Positions 29,185-41,009 of a DNA stretch of 64,000 bases are shown in pieces. Under the pieces are notes generated by a model, which ran no database searches, was not told where the DNA came from, and saw only the letters and a list, made by a program, of their open reading frames with translations. A program made the translations under genes and the position numbers. The first letter of the stretch is position 1, and each line of letters begins with the position of its first letter. The stretch is from Polymyxa betae A26-41 (taxonomy: Eukaryota; Protista; Endomyxa: Phytomyxea): assembly GCA_003693705.1 (NCBI GenBank), contig RBZT01000415.1, forward strand, positions 148,697-212,696, in the 5' to 3' direction.

Positions 29185-29499
29185 GAATTGCACGCCATGC
29201 ATTACAAACTACGGAGTTCTGCCGTTGACTGCCAATTGCCGAGAATAGGGTGAGAAAATCTTAATAGAGCGTTTTAGTTTTTTAGGTATTTCTACGCAGC
29301 ACTCTGAAGTTTTTCCGATCCGTTTGATTTTCCTCCAACTTGGCGACCAACGGTGAAATATGCGCACATAGTTGGCATTTATTACTGCTAAGTCCGTAGT
29401 AAATGCGCACATTATTACGTCGCGGGTCCCAGGTCCCAAAAGGGATCGCAGACGCCTGCCAACGGCACTGGGAACACAGACACACATGGAGTGCAATTC
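29185..29499 (+). ncRNA. Candidate structured non-coding RNA or foldback element, unidentified
   Basis: Nested inverted repeats: 29185-29199/29485-29499 (14/15 bp), 29208-29215/29393-29400 (8 bp), 29230-29238/29369-29377 (with G-U pairs), plus a three-way junction at 29427-29473. It lies in a gene-free gap. Confidence 0.35.
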
Positions 29500-29983
29500 G
29501 TCAATGCGTGAAATTAACTTGACTCCAATATTATGATTTACGAATTTCACTCGTTCCAGTGATTAATTGCTGTATCGGCTCGCATCGCAGAAATCTGGCC
29601 CATTCAGAAGCAAAATTGAACGCTGAAATAGACGAAGAACGGAAAATTCCACGTTGGCAGCCAAGTCTCCTTAGCTATCTTGAATCGCGGTTGCAATACT
29701 CCATCATTGTCGAGTTGAAATGTATTGGATTCGAAGGATGCCTTGAACATATTCTACAGCAGCCCTGAACTTCAGATATCCCTTTCATAGACGATTACAC
29801 ACGTCTACAATACATAAACGGCCAAAGTTCCAAATATTTAATCACATTAGTGTATTGACATTTCGGCCTGATTAATATTAAATCTTGGACCGACTACCTA
29901 TCCCACCACGCTCCAATTCATACTACAATGAAACTGAGTACAATCCGGAACCATTCCGAATTGTGCTGAGAATGTGTGATTTG

Positions 29984-30931
29984 CTAGAATTTGAATGACT
30001 TCATCGATGACGAACGTTGCCTTTTCCGAGTGGACGCGACATTATCGTGCATCGATTGTAATCGATCCAAAGATCCATCTAGCTTCTGAAGACAGTCTGA
30101 ATAATGTTGGACCATGCTATGGTTCCTATTTTGAACAGAGCGCTGCAATGCCGACCTGATGCGATCTCGTTCTGACTCATTTGCAGCAATAGCACCACCC
30201 AAAGTCAGCAAATTTTTCTGACAATCTTCTTCAGATAAGACCCTCGGTTTTTGTTTCGCCTTCGCAGCGCTGGGACGATTTAGCTTGTCATTCATAAAGT
30301 TAAAAACATCTGGCTTCGGATCAGCTTTGACGACAACGGGATTGTTGATGATCGATTTCTTCGGCTTTATCCCGAAATCAAGCCCAGCTCCTGGTTTCCT
30401 TATTTGGATGTCGATAGGTTCGACGCGCCCTTGCTGGGATTTACCCAAACCGGCTCCAAACATATAGCCATGCTTTTGCAGAAGTTTCAATCCGATTCCT
30501 TTGGTGTGCGCCATCCATGAGCAGAAGTTTTTCGAAACTTTCTCAGGTTGTCTAAAGGTAGATGTTTCTTGACTTATTCTGGTGTAGTTAAGTCGACTGT
30601 CGGCTGGCAGAGAATCGTTGTCGAAGTTATCGGTTTCGGAATCAGGGGCCTCTTCATTGCCAGAGCATTCGGAGACAGAAGCATTCTAAAAAGCACGAGA
30701 TGAATCGTTTTTGGGTCTAAAATTTCGTAGACTAACGTCTATGAAGCTGCTGATCAATTGCCGCTTACGAAGCTCCAAGGCCTGAGATTCAAACGACTCG
30801 ACCTCGCACAAAAGTGAACATCTTAAGGCGGATATATCAGCATTGTCAGGGCCTGCAGCAAGTATTTCATCCAGTTCACGGATCTGATCGTTCAGAGCAC
30901 TCAAAGCCGTCTGCAATCCAGATCCTGACAT
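29984..30931 (-). CDS. G-patch domain protein (ZGPAT-like, no zinc finger or Tudor domain seen)
   Basis: WMAHTKGIGLKLLQKHGYMFGAGLGKSQQGRVEPI...GLDF, DVFNFMN, C-terminal coiled coil ending FKF; one intron at ~30686-30737. Confidence 0.8.
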
Positions 30932-31271
30932 CGAATGTAGCAATCAGAAGGAGCCATATCAAATCTTCAGAGGACGCACTTTTTGGCCTTGAAATTTATC
31001 ATTTTGCAAAAAAATGCGTTATTAATAACAGTTTCAGTACCGGTACATAAGCTACACTTTTCCTGAAAAAGTGCTCAATCAAGCAAAGCTGCTGTTGTTA
31101 CCATGAACGAAGCTCATCTTTGAAGACGATAACATCATCACGTTGAGGAAAGGCTCTGTGATCGATCTGTCTTCTGTTAAGAAAGTTCAACCAATTCCAA
31201 TCTCAGATTCTCAAGATTTGTTCAATGTATTCAGGCCTATTCTCAAGCTTAAATGAATGTCCATAATCAAG

Positions 31272-31805
31272 CTATGGCTGTTGGCCTCCTTGGCCTAGGG
31301 TCTCGTTGCCGGCGGTACTTTGGGTGCGCTGGGGGGAAGCTCGATCAATGGATGGTCTGGCCTGTTCGATTGGCCATGAAGGGACGGGAGGCAATGGCCT
31401 GCGGATCGCTTTCTGTCGCTGGTATCTTGTCATCATAGCAGGCGCCAGCACCACAGATCTCGGCTCAGAATCGCCAACCTCTGCTGTACGTTGGCCTGGC
31501 TCGAGATTTTCCAGGTCTTGTTCCGGCCGATGAAGACCGAACCGATCCCGGCCGAATACGTCTCCATGATCAACGGACAGCTGCTCAACGATATTTCTAT
31601 TAGGGCGGGTCCGTTTCCGTATCCAGTAGCAGAGCAGAGCGATGCCCACTCCGGCTATCGCCAAAAACGAAATCAATGCTTTCAGCAAACTGTAATCGTG
31701 TAAATCCCTGGAGTATAGAATGCCCATGATCATCGCCATTGTCAATCCGACTGCTATAAGCAACAAGGAGCAATTGAATGTGAGCTCGTTCCGTTGTAGC
31801 GGCAT
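31272..31805 (-). CDS. Hypothetical small membrane protein (two hydrophobic segments); start uncertain
   Basis: ORF with AVGLTMAMIMGILY and ALISFLAIAGVGIALLCYW followed by basic RKR. Confidence 0.45.
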   Translation of the reverse strand: MPLQRNELTFNCSLLLIAVGLTMAMIMGILYSRDLHDYSLLKALISFLAIAGVGIALLCYWIRKRTRPNRNIVEQLSVDHGDVFGRDRFGLHRPEQDLENLEPGQRTAEVGDSEPRSVVLAPAMMTRYQRQKAIRRPLPPVPSWPIEQARPSIDRASPQRTQSTAGNETLGQGGQQP

Positions 31806-32337
31806 AAGAGCTCCTTACTTAATAGGACATAATCGCTATATCGAAATGAAACCTGACATGAAGACCAACAGATGCGGATGGGCCAGAAACTATAAAATCA
31901 GGCTTGTTTTGCCCATCAAAGTAAATATATGAATGCGGGATAGCCTGACCGAGAGTCAGAAAACTCATTCAGGTCCAGGTCTATTTGCAAGAGGCAATCG
32001 GGTCAGAAAACTAGGATTACACCTGATTGCCATAGAAAGCGAAATAAATGGATGTGGGAGAGCTTGCAGAGAGAAAGAGAGAGAAACCATGCAGGTTGAA
32101 CTCCATTTGCAATTTATTTTGGCTCGTCTGTACGCATCAGCGGTTAACATTAGGCGCGTCCTGTACTTACCAACGCAGGGATAAAATATTAATGGATGTC
32201 GAGTTTGATGCCCATACATTGACGATAGACAAATATGTCATATCAGAAAAGCGCTAGGTTCCAGGATGAGCATTAAACCTGAGTTTGCCGCTTTGGAACG
32301 CCGTAAAAGATAGGTTGTTAGATAAAGCCCATGAGAA

Positions 32338-33329
32338 TCATTTTCGTAGCGGGAACAGACACGCCGGCAAAGTGCCATCGGGGCCAGCAACTGGATAAGG
32401 CCGATAGTAAACAGTGGTAACAAACTTGTTATTATATCTCTGTGTCATTCCCAAAACGCAGACCTGAGACAGATATACTGATTAGCATTGCAAACTAGAA
32501 TGGGCAATGCCACAGACCTCTTTTGCTTCAGATTTGGAGATGTACATATGATTCAAGGTGACATGCTGAGGGACTGGTAGCATCACAGCATCATTCTGGC
32601 CTGCTATTTCTTCAGAATTGAGCAGAATGATGCCTAGATGAGGAGGCAAAGGCGGCGGGTCTTTCGCGTAGTCGTCGGGAGACGGTTCGACTTGAGAATA
32701 ATTATCATTGCCATCTTGATCATCGAAATAGTTAAACGTCGGATCAACTTGGCTTGCAGCACGGATCTCCATTTTGTTGTTGATTACCCCTTGGGCATCT
32801 GTCACGGTTGGCTGGTCAGGGGCGTACCTCCTAGTAACAATCTCAAAAACAGACCAACTGAGTCAAATTAACTTAGATGAAAACCTGGTGAACAAATTCG
32901 ACCTCGCAAAAATTATGCGATTGAAAGGGCAATAATATAAAGATTGAACTAGAAAACATACCACTGATCGTCAACAATAAACTTATATTCAATAACGCCC
33001 GGTGGGAGCTCCAGAATCACAGTGAAATCCTTAGTTGAGCGTTGCATCGGGATCTTCCCCGACCACTGATTGAACGAGCCAGTTATAAACACCTGCTGCC
33101 CCCCATGCGACCAAGTAAATACGGCCGGGACCGGTTCCAAGTCTTTGAGTGGCGAGGCGATCGCGTTATCGCTCGTACCCATGACGACATCGTCATCGGT
33201 TCGCAAGCATTGCCGAACACGGTCGGTGAGTAGATCTGGGGATGCCCCCGAGGCTGCATCATGCTGTGCGATGGAGCTCGTGGCTTCATCGGACGAGCCT
33301 AGTCCAGCAGACGACTGCCCTTGACCCAT
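32338..33329 (-). CDS. PRKAB: AMP-activated protein kinase / SNF1 beta subunit
   Basis: MGQGQS myristoylation start; CBM VFTWSHGGQQVFITGSFNQW...YKFIVDDQW; DPPPLPPHL; LPVPQHVTLNHMY; TQRYNNKFVTTVYYRP. Confidence 0.95.
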
Positions 33330-34412
33330 ATACAAATGAGAGGCTGTTAACAGCAAGATCTGTAGACGACACTATAGATAACAGTTGTAAAGCTGTGTAA
33401 AGCTCAGAAGCAGCGTGTGAGGCCGAAACAGCGTCGCAAACCCTAATACTGTCTGAGCTTCAGTCTGCATCCAGCAGATGTCTTTCCGTTCCCAACTTTG
33501 AGCTGATAGGGGTAGTTGAGCTATAGGGTAGGAAATACACAGGTACATCGATGCCAAATGACAGTTATTTGATCGAATTTGACCCTTCTGCAGCTTCAAG
33601 CGTGTAGGACAAAATTAACGATATGGCTAAGACTGGATTTTGCTGATCATGATTGCATTGTTGCCTCCAGGTTGCGGTTAATTAGCTGCAATGTTCACGA
33701 TTTCAAGGCTGCTGAAGCAATCTTGACCAAAACTCTGCTTCCAGCGACTCAGTTGAACTACGAATGGAGCCAAATTTTCGCATTCGGGTTTGTCGACAAA
33801 CTGATAAAAATGAGGTCTGCAGAAAATCACGTGATTGCTGAGATTTAATAGATCAATGGACAAAGCTATCAAGTAAAACGGTACACATGAAAGAAAGATT
33901 GGGCAGGTTGAAGTAGATCTGAGTGACTGCGTTTGTTGAACTTTCTGAACCGCCAAGATCTGGGCCAGCTCGATGTGATTGATCACCGAGGATCCATGAT
34001 CCCTGTTCTTTTCTTACAGCTGACTTCGCATCAGTTGCTGAACGTGAAAACTTTAATTAATGGGTCACTAAGCCTGGTATAATGTCATTAATCGTCGCTA
34101 TAATATTGGGTTATAAACAGACAGCTCTTCTCTATTCTCTGCATCCTCAATGACTTCCTTCATGGTTGCTTTCCTTTTTCTTTGGTCATCATTTCTGTTC
34201 ATATTGTTTTATTTCATTTCGGAGCTGATAAAGGCAATTTTGAATTCGGTTGATATTATTGAATGTGACATATCAGCATTTGTGAACTATTTTCAGCATG
34301 CTTTTCTCCGTGCAGTATGGTCTTCATAGTGATATTGTCATCCGTTAACGTCATCGAAGACGACATTCCATCTCAGTCGTTGACGGCGCTGGCCGCCGCC
34401 TAAACCTCGGAT

Positions 34413-36728
34413 ATGGCCCAGACTAGGAAGCAGCAATCCGAGATCGATCGCGTCCTAAAGCGTGTCCAGGACGGCCTGATCGAATTCGAATCAATCTGGC
34501 AGAAGGTGTATTCAGCACCGACTGCCGCCTTAAAAGAGAAGCATGAAGCCGACCTGAAGAAGGAGATTAAGCGTCTTCAACGCTATCGAGATCAAATCAA
34601 GACATGGCTTAGCAGTCCAGAGATCCGCGACAAAAACGAAATGCTCCAGGCTAGAAAGCAGATTGAACGGGATATGGAACGCTTTAAAGTCTGCGAGAAA
34701 GAGACCAAAACGAAAGCATTTTCGAAAGAAGCGCTTACAAATACGCCAAAGAAGAAGCTCCTGGACAAACCCAAGCTTGAAATTAAATCCTGGATTGATA
34801 AGCGAATTGTCTTGCTGAAAAATCAGCTTGGTGAGCGTGAATCCCAACTCGACGCCGAGCAACGAAAAGGCAAAAAACGGAATAAGGGTCAGGAAGAAGC
34901 GCATATCGACCATCTTCAACGCCTCGTCGAACGCTATAAGTTCCATATTGAACATCTTGAAATGGCCTGGGAAATGCTTTTTGAAGATGAAATTGTTGTG
35001 GCCGATGTTGAAGAAATCCAAGAAGACGTGGATTATTTCATCGAAAACAATCAGGTGCATATTTCGGGTCTCTTTACATGACTGATTGGAGAAGAAATTG
35101 GAAAATTCTGTCGATTTTTTTTTGGGGGGACCCGAGATTTGAAAAGATTTTTTCTGTAATCCGTTTTGCAACGATGTTTGAAATTCAAGGCTATCGCTGA
35201 CATTTTTCGAAAGGATGAGGACATGGAGGATTTCGACGATGCTTATATGTACGATTTATTGGCGTCTAAGCGCAATGCTAAGCCTCCACCTCCACCACCA
35301 GCTGTTTTGCTTGCTGAGGATGAAAATCTTTCCGATATCGAGCTATCCGATGACGATTACGATTCTCTGGCCGATGAAATCGCTGCCGACGAAAATGATC
35401 ATGATGCCGAGTCGGACTCGGATTCAGCTGTGCCTGCACCCGAACCAGTCGTCGAAGAGTCACCGCGGAGAGGATCTTCGAAGAAGTCAACCTTGCCTGC
35501 TCCATCTCCGCCGACGCCTGCTGAAGCGCATTCCAAAGATAAGCGAAAAGAAAAGCCATTGGAACAGGAGAAGCCCGTTCCCGAGCCTCAACCGACCCCG
35601 AAATCTACGCATGTAGCTAAGGCAGAGCGTGAAACACCGAAAAAGTCGTCAAAGCAGAGGAAAAAGATTGCTGTTGTTCCGGTCCAGGTCTCTGCGAATT
35701 ATCAAGACCCATCCCCTCAAGCGACACCTGTTATATCGAAATCTATCTCAGCTGTTGCCGCGAGCTCGCCCAAACAATCCCCTAGTGCACCCACTATTGT
35801 TAATCGTCCATCGGAAGCGGTTCAAGCACAGCCTCCAGCACCGTTCGCTAATATTGTCAAAGCCCAGCAACTCAAACAGGCGGAACAGGCTGCGTTGGCG
35901 CGAGCTCAGGCGGAGACAGCCTCGAGGCAGATTCCGCCAGAAACCGATACTCACGAACCGGCGACGAAAAAGGATGAACAAATTGAGAGCCAGCTGCAAA
36001 GCCTTCAGATTAATTCTAAAGTGCCGCCCACGACATCATTGTCGCCGCCGCCTGGTCTGCGGTCCGCTTCGCCGTTTGCAGGAGGTCCACCGCCAGGATT
36101 GGCTGGTCCCAGTAAGACGACTCTCGCTACGAAGCTTAAGCAAAAGCAGCACCAGGCCGCAGCTGCTGCTGAAGAGCCGGCTGCCGACCCTTCTTTACTT
36201 CGGCCGGCACGTCTCGCTGCTGTTCAAGCGTCGACGCAGCGTGAGGCTTCACCTAGCGTCAAGCAGCCTCACCTGTTCGATGCACCATTGTCTGAGGAGC
36301 AGCAGGCCAATTTGGAGATTTTGGAATCCAGTTTCAGGCATATGCCGACACCGGCCGATTCCGATCGACCAAAGCAATATTTACCTCGGAATCCTTATCA
36401 CACTCCAGCGTCGTGGCCCTCTACGCCGTCCCCTATATTCGAAGATCCGTCGTTCTTCGTCAAGTACGACACGGACACGCTGTTCTTCATATTCTACTTC
36501 CAGCAGGGAACGTATCAACAGTATCTTGCTGCATCGCAGCTAAAGAAGCAATCCTGGAGATACCATACGAAATATTTGACCTGGTTCCAAAGACATAAGG
36601 ACCCCCAGGTGACGACGGACGAATTCGAACAGGGTACGTACGTGTATTTCGACTACGACCATTCGTGGTGTCAAAGGATCAAATCCGAATTCACGTTTGA
36701 ATATCGATACTTGGAAGATGACCTTTAA
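34413..36728 (+). CDS. CNOT3: CCR4-NOT complex subunit NOT3/NOT5
   Basis: [45 protein letters not shown]; NOT box [20 protein letters not shown]...[14 protein letters not shown]; one intron at ~35054-35213. Confidence 0.96.
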
Positions 36729-36914
36729 TATATTCGCTGGACAGCCTCACTTTCGGTTTGCTTCGTCATTACATCTGTCTGCTAACCTCATACATTGTAT
36801 TTCGTGAAAATGCTTCGAGACCCGGGATGCATATTTCTGAGAAAAAAGAATTCCGGCTTTAGATCATTGCAATATGTTAATGTATTAAGATTAGGTTGAT
36901 GTCTGAAGATTGCC

Positions 36915-38254
36915 CTATAAGGCTGGTAGAGCTTTAACCAGAGCCTGGTCGTGAGCTTTCTCTTGCCTTTCACGAATCTCACGCAGGCTTGGCGCCTTTT
37001 TCGACGACGCTTGTGATCGGACTGAGTTTGTCGTTGACGATGGCGGCGCTGAAGATTTTCTCCAAACCATTGACGATATTTTCTGGTTGCTGTCCATAGC
37101 TCTCGTTGTTTTTGGAATGATTAACGCCGTACCAGCCAGCGGCATCGTTCTTTTGCTGGACGCCATCGTTATCTCAACTTCACCAGTTTCAACCAATTTC
37201 ATTCCTTCGCCAACATCTTCCAAGTCATCGATTAAATCAGAGCCTGGCGAGCGCAGCCGTTGACGTTCGGCGTCCAGATACAGCTCGTGAATATCGAGCC
37301 CGATATTCGGCGCTGCCAGCGGGTTCAGCGGCGGGTCGCCACGATCCAGTGCCTGATAGTCGGGGGCCAACGGGTTCGTCCTTCGCGTCCAATGCCACCG
37401 ACCGGACGTGTCGGCCTGCGCTCCGTCAATATCATCAGTGGCGTTCATCCTTCGAACGCCCAGCTTCATCTGACGATGGACGCGCCACATCGGTTCGTTG
37501 CCGTCGATATCGCGTGTTAAGAGTGTGTACGTCTGCACTGGCCGTGTCCGAATCGTCTTGGGATGAGATCCGGGAATGTCGCCGATCACGACCTCTCCCT
37601 GCGCCTGTACTGACGACAATCCGCTCACGTCAGCGCTATTCATCACATAACGTGGCGACAGCGGGTCGGTATGACGTCGGGAACGAAACCGCCCGCAATC
37701 GTTGATATCGGCGACTTTCATGATGGGCCGGACAGGTCGGGCCGCCCATCGCGCCAGGGCATGGGCCGCGACCGATCCCGAGACGTCGTCGTAGTTGATG
37801 TGATCGCGCGTCTTCATCCGCAATACGATCGGGACGGTGGTTCGCGTCCCTTCGATATCGCTGATATCGAGCGTGTTGCGAGTGAATCGCATCGGTTCAG
37901 GCGGTTCGTGAACGAACGAAGGTAGTTGATAGATTGGATTGAGCGGATCTACACATCGAGGCCAGCGTGTGCAATGCCGCCCGGCTTGTGTTCTGACGAT
38001 ATCGCTGATGTCCAGACGTTGATCAAGACGGCGGAAACAGTATCGTCGCGGCCGTTCATTGATATCGTCGGTGGTGAAGCGACGATCGACCCGATTTAAG
38101 AAGGGATGCCGAGGTGCATCTAACGCCATGCTGATGGCGTCAGAGGATCTGGGTCGATGGTACCGCCTTCGAGATCAGGTACATCGGCAATATCGGGTGG
38201 CGGCCGATGCTGGTCCCGAGCGTGTGAATGCCGAATGTTGGTCGGACGATTCAT
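36915..38254 (-). CDS. Repeat protein with alternating DIxG and (T/V)(D/N)PLxPxY motifs; probable flagellar protein
   Basis: ORF 36915-38129 plus a probable upstream exon (intron gtacca..ttag, MNRPTN start). Motifs VDPLNPIY, TDPLSPRY, TNPLAPDY and LDISDIEGT, GDIPGSHP, RDIDGNEP, DDIDGAQA. Confidence 0.7.
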
Positions 38255-39199
38255 TGATGTGTCATGAGCGACCACAAGAAGGTGAGCTGCGCGTAATCTC
38301 ATCGGGCTCTGCTGATCGGCGTTGAATGATAGCTGCTGGAGCGTGTCCGGGATGAGTGTTGCATATGCCTGGCGCCAATGGTGTCTCTTAGGGCAAGGAC
38401 CCGTAAGGTAAATGATCTAGGTGGGGGCAGGATGGGGCCAGTTTGGGGTCACTGTTATGTTAGGAGGTCGAGCGGGAGATGAAATCGAAGCGGGTCTGCC
38501 AGCTGGTTTGCTCGCATTGCATGCATATCGACTGCATCGATCTCCTAATTAGACGCGTTTGCCCGATTTGCGATGCCGTTCTATCGGTGTTGTCGAAATA
38601 GAACAGACGATATCCATTCCCTGCTGCGTTTCGATGGATTGCGAATAAATTATGTTCAAGGAATGCATGCTTTAGGTTCTGTTGGTAAAATAGTCGGATC
38701 TGAGGCCTGTTTACAGCATTTCTTGCAAACTGAGGTGACTAAGACTGAACCAATGCGTTTTCAAATTATATAGAACTAAGTTAATACAGGAAAATTGCAT
38801 TGTTAGAAATTGTCATATCTGACATCCAAGACTCTGGCAAGAAACTGAGAGTGTTTAGCAACCAATCCATATTGATATTCATCAAATTGAAAGCTATTGG
38901 TGACATAACATTTCACCTCAAATCACATCCAGGGCGTTATCGACTCTGCTCTATGTGGCAGACGCCGCCGAGACCAGTAGCTTTGCAGTTGCCCTTCACT
39001 TTGGTCATTCCCTTGATGAACAATTGAACACCATTATCACCTTTCGTTGAACGGCATCGATCAACCTGTTCTGAGCATCTTCCTCTACTAGAGCTATGTT
39101 TAGCGACACCATATACATAGATATCGCTTCATTGATCGCGAATTGGTATCGAATATGCTACATGACAAAGTGAATAATTGATAACGGTGATAATCTTTA

Positions 39200-39343
39200 G
39201 GGCGCGTTTGGAATTTGGATGACACGGAAAAACCGGTGTTTGCGCCAAATCCGATTGTTCAGTCGGAAATCGAAATCCAAGTCGGAGAAGGATTTTTAAA
39301 ACCGGATCGTTGCGAAAACCGGATTTTCAGTGGCAACGAGGCC
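39200..39343. mobile_element. Possible degenerate PIF/Harbinger-like MITE relic
   Basis: Ends GGGCGCGTTTGG and (reverse complement) GGCCTCGTTGCCACTG; TTA on the left flank only; three internal AAAACCGG motifs and several short hairpins. Confidence 0.25.
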
Positions 39344-40006
39344 AAAAATATTTGGGAGTTATTTTTAGAACATTGCGTACGCAATTAAGAATTACAGGAA
39401 AAGATCGGATGGATAGTTGAGTTTTCACATAAAGTTTTTTTCAGCTCGGTGTATTAGCGCTCATGCATAAAATGGATCAATGACGGCGCGGCCTTCTAAA
39501 CGGCCGCCACGGACCCCGTAGCCCTTCTCACATGGCCCTGGCGTTGGCCTTACCAACCTCATTGATCATTTCGATAGCGTTGTCTGAACATCAGCATGAC
39601 GTCTTGACTCTTTTACCTGGTGTCATGCTGGTGAGAACAGCATCTATTTGAGGTTGGCTGCGATGATGAAGAATATCTTGGTCCGTGTTATTGATGGTCC
39701 CCCTCGGGGTCAAATGAGCACAACCCTTACCACTTCTGAGCACACCTATCAACTAACAACCTACCAGTTTCTGCTTCCGAAATCAGACCAGCTTCCATCA
39801 CGAATAGATAAACTAATAAAACTAAATTTGTGTTAACCAACCCTTTTTAGAAAGAAATTTTGTGCTTGACAGATCCATGAGTAGACACGCTTTGAATGCA
39901 GTTAGAAACGGCCCTTGAAGCGACTTGAATCATTCCAGGCTGATTTAACTCGCGTGTGTCGATTATGTAGTTGATTGGTACTGTACGCAATGCCATCTCA
40001 TAACCA

Positions 40007-40696
40007 ATGTTGGTGCGGGCTGTGAGATCGTGGTGTGCCGGCAGCGGCCATGTCGGTCGGCCTTTCAGCTCGCTGTTCAGCAAGGCTGGTCTAGACGGCG
40101 TCAAAGGTTCGGCGTCGCTGCTGCTTGCTTTCCAGGTTCATAGCTGATGCCTGGCTGTAGTATGGCTGCCGAGGACACATGGCGAGATTCCAGACGATTA
40201 TGTTGCTTCGTATCCGAAACCAGGTTGGAGACGACGCTGAGGCGTGGTCACTCGGTTCTAACGTATTTATTGCAGATGAAACTGAAGAGATCAAGGAAGA
40301 GGTCTGGGAAGGCGACCCATCCGGTTCGGGATTGTTTTCAATCAACTTGGTGTCGTACTGATCCAGTCACCACGTGTAGGGATCCCAGTTATGATCGAGA
40401 CGCAGCGTGTGATTGAATCAGGGGCGCCATCTCTCGAGGTCCCCGAAGATCGAGTGGTCCGATTGTATGCGAAGCTCGGCGACCTGAAAATGAACGAGCG
40501 CGACCAGGAAAATCTGGTGGCGATTCTCGGGCCGCGTTTCGACGCCAATAAAGGTCTCATCAAGCTGACGTCGTCCAAGTATCCCAGTCCTGATGAGAAT
40601 ACTCAGCACTGTATTACCACTTTAAAAGACTTGATGGCCGCTGCCAAAGACATGACCAAGCAGCTTGGAAACCAATCACATTCAGCCACTGCTTAG
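40007..40696 (+). CDS. MRPS35: Mitochondrial small ribosomal subunit protein mS35 (Rsm24, MRP-S28 domain)
   Basis: Mitochondrial-presequence-like start MLVRAVRSW; RVVRLYAKLGDLKMNERDQENLVAILGPRFD...IKLTSSKYPSPDEN. Confidence 0.75.
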
Positions 40697-41009
40697 GTAT
40701 TCCAATGTATATCTTGATTGTAAAAAATGCTGATAGTCTTCATGTCAATTTTGATTTCAAGGTCGATTCTGGGCCGATATCCCAAATCACAGCTTTCGCG
40801 CATTCAGTAGAACTTGCATACCATACATTCATTTGCCGAGCCCTTCATAATGACCATCCAAGCTTTGAGACATTTCAACACATATTAACTCTCTGGAGAA
40901 CGAATTTTATTGCCATGGATGGCACCGAAACCAATGCTACGTTGTCTGTTCAACAAAGCAACATTGTAACCGTTTTATATTCTATGATTGCTATTTAGGG
41001 CAAAACAAC

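Noticed and set aside
29240-29370. Identification of the structured element as telomerase RNA, SRP RNA or an HDV-like ribozyme
   Set aside because: No 1.5x C-rich telomere template. The Alu-like and helix-8-like resemblances lie on opposite strands, and the HDV nested pseudoknot cannot form.
31820-32260. In-frame TGA at 31969-31971 between intron-like segments (possible selenoprotein)
   Set aside because: No redox motif or SECIS recognised, and upstream frames are closed. More likely a spliced UTR or decayed sequence.
33372-34400. Short ORFs between AMPK-beta and NOT3; similarly 38400-39180, 52800-53500 and 60500-60990
   Set aside because: No consistent exon chain or protein motif could be supported. 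A small gene cannot be excluded.
34530-35171. 213-aa antisense ORF, and similar shadow ORFs such as 35629-36543 and 43499-44077
   Set aside because: They overlap well-conserved genes (NOT3, cyclase-PDE) and have no recognisable motifs.
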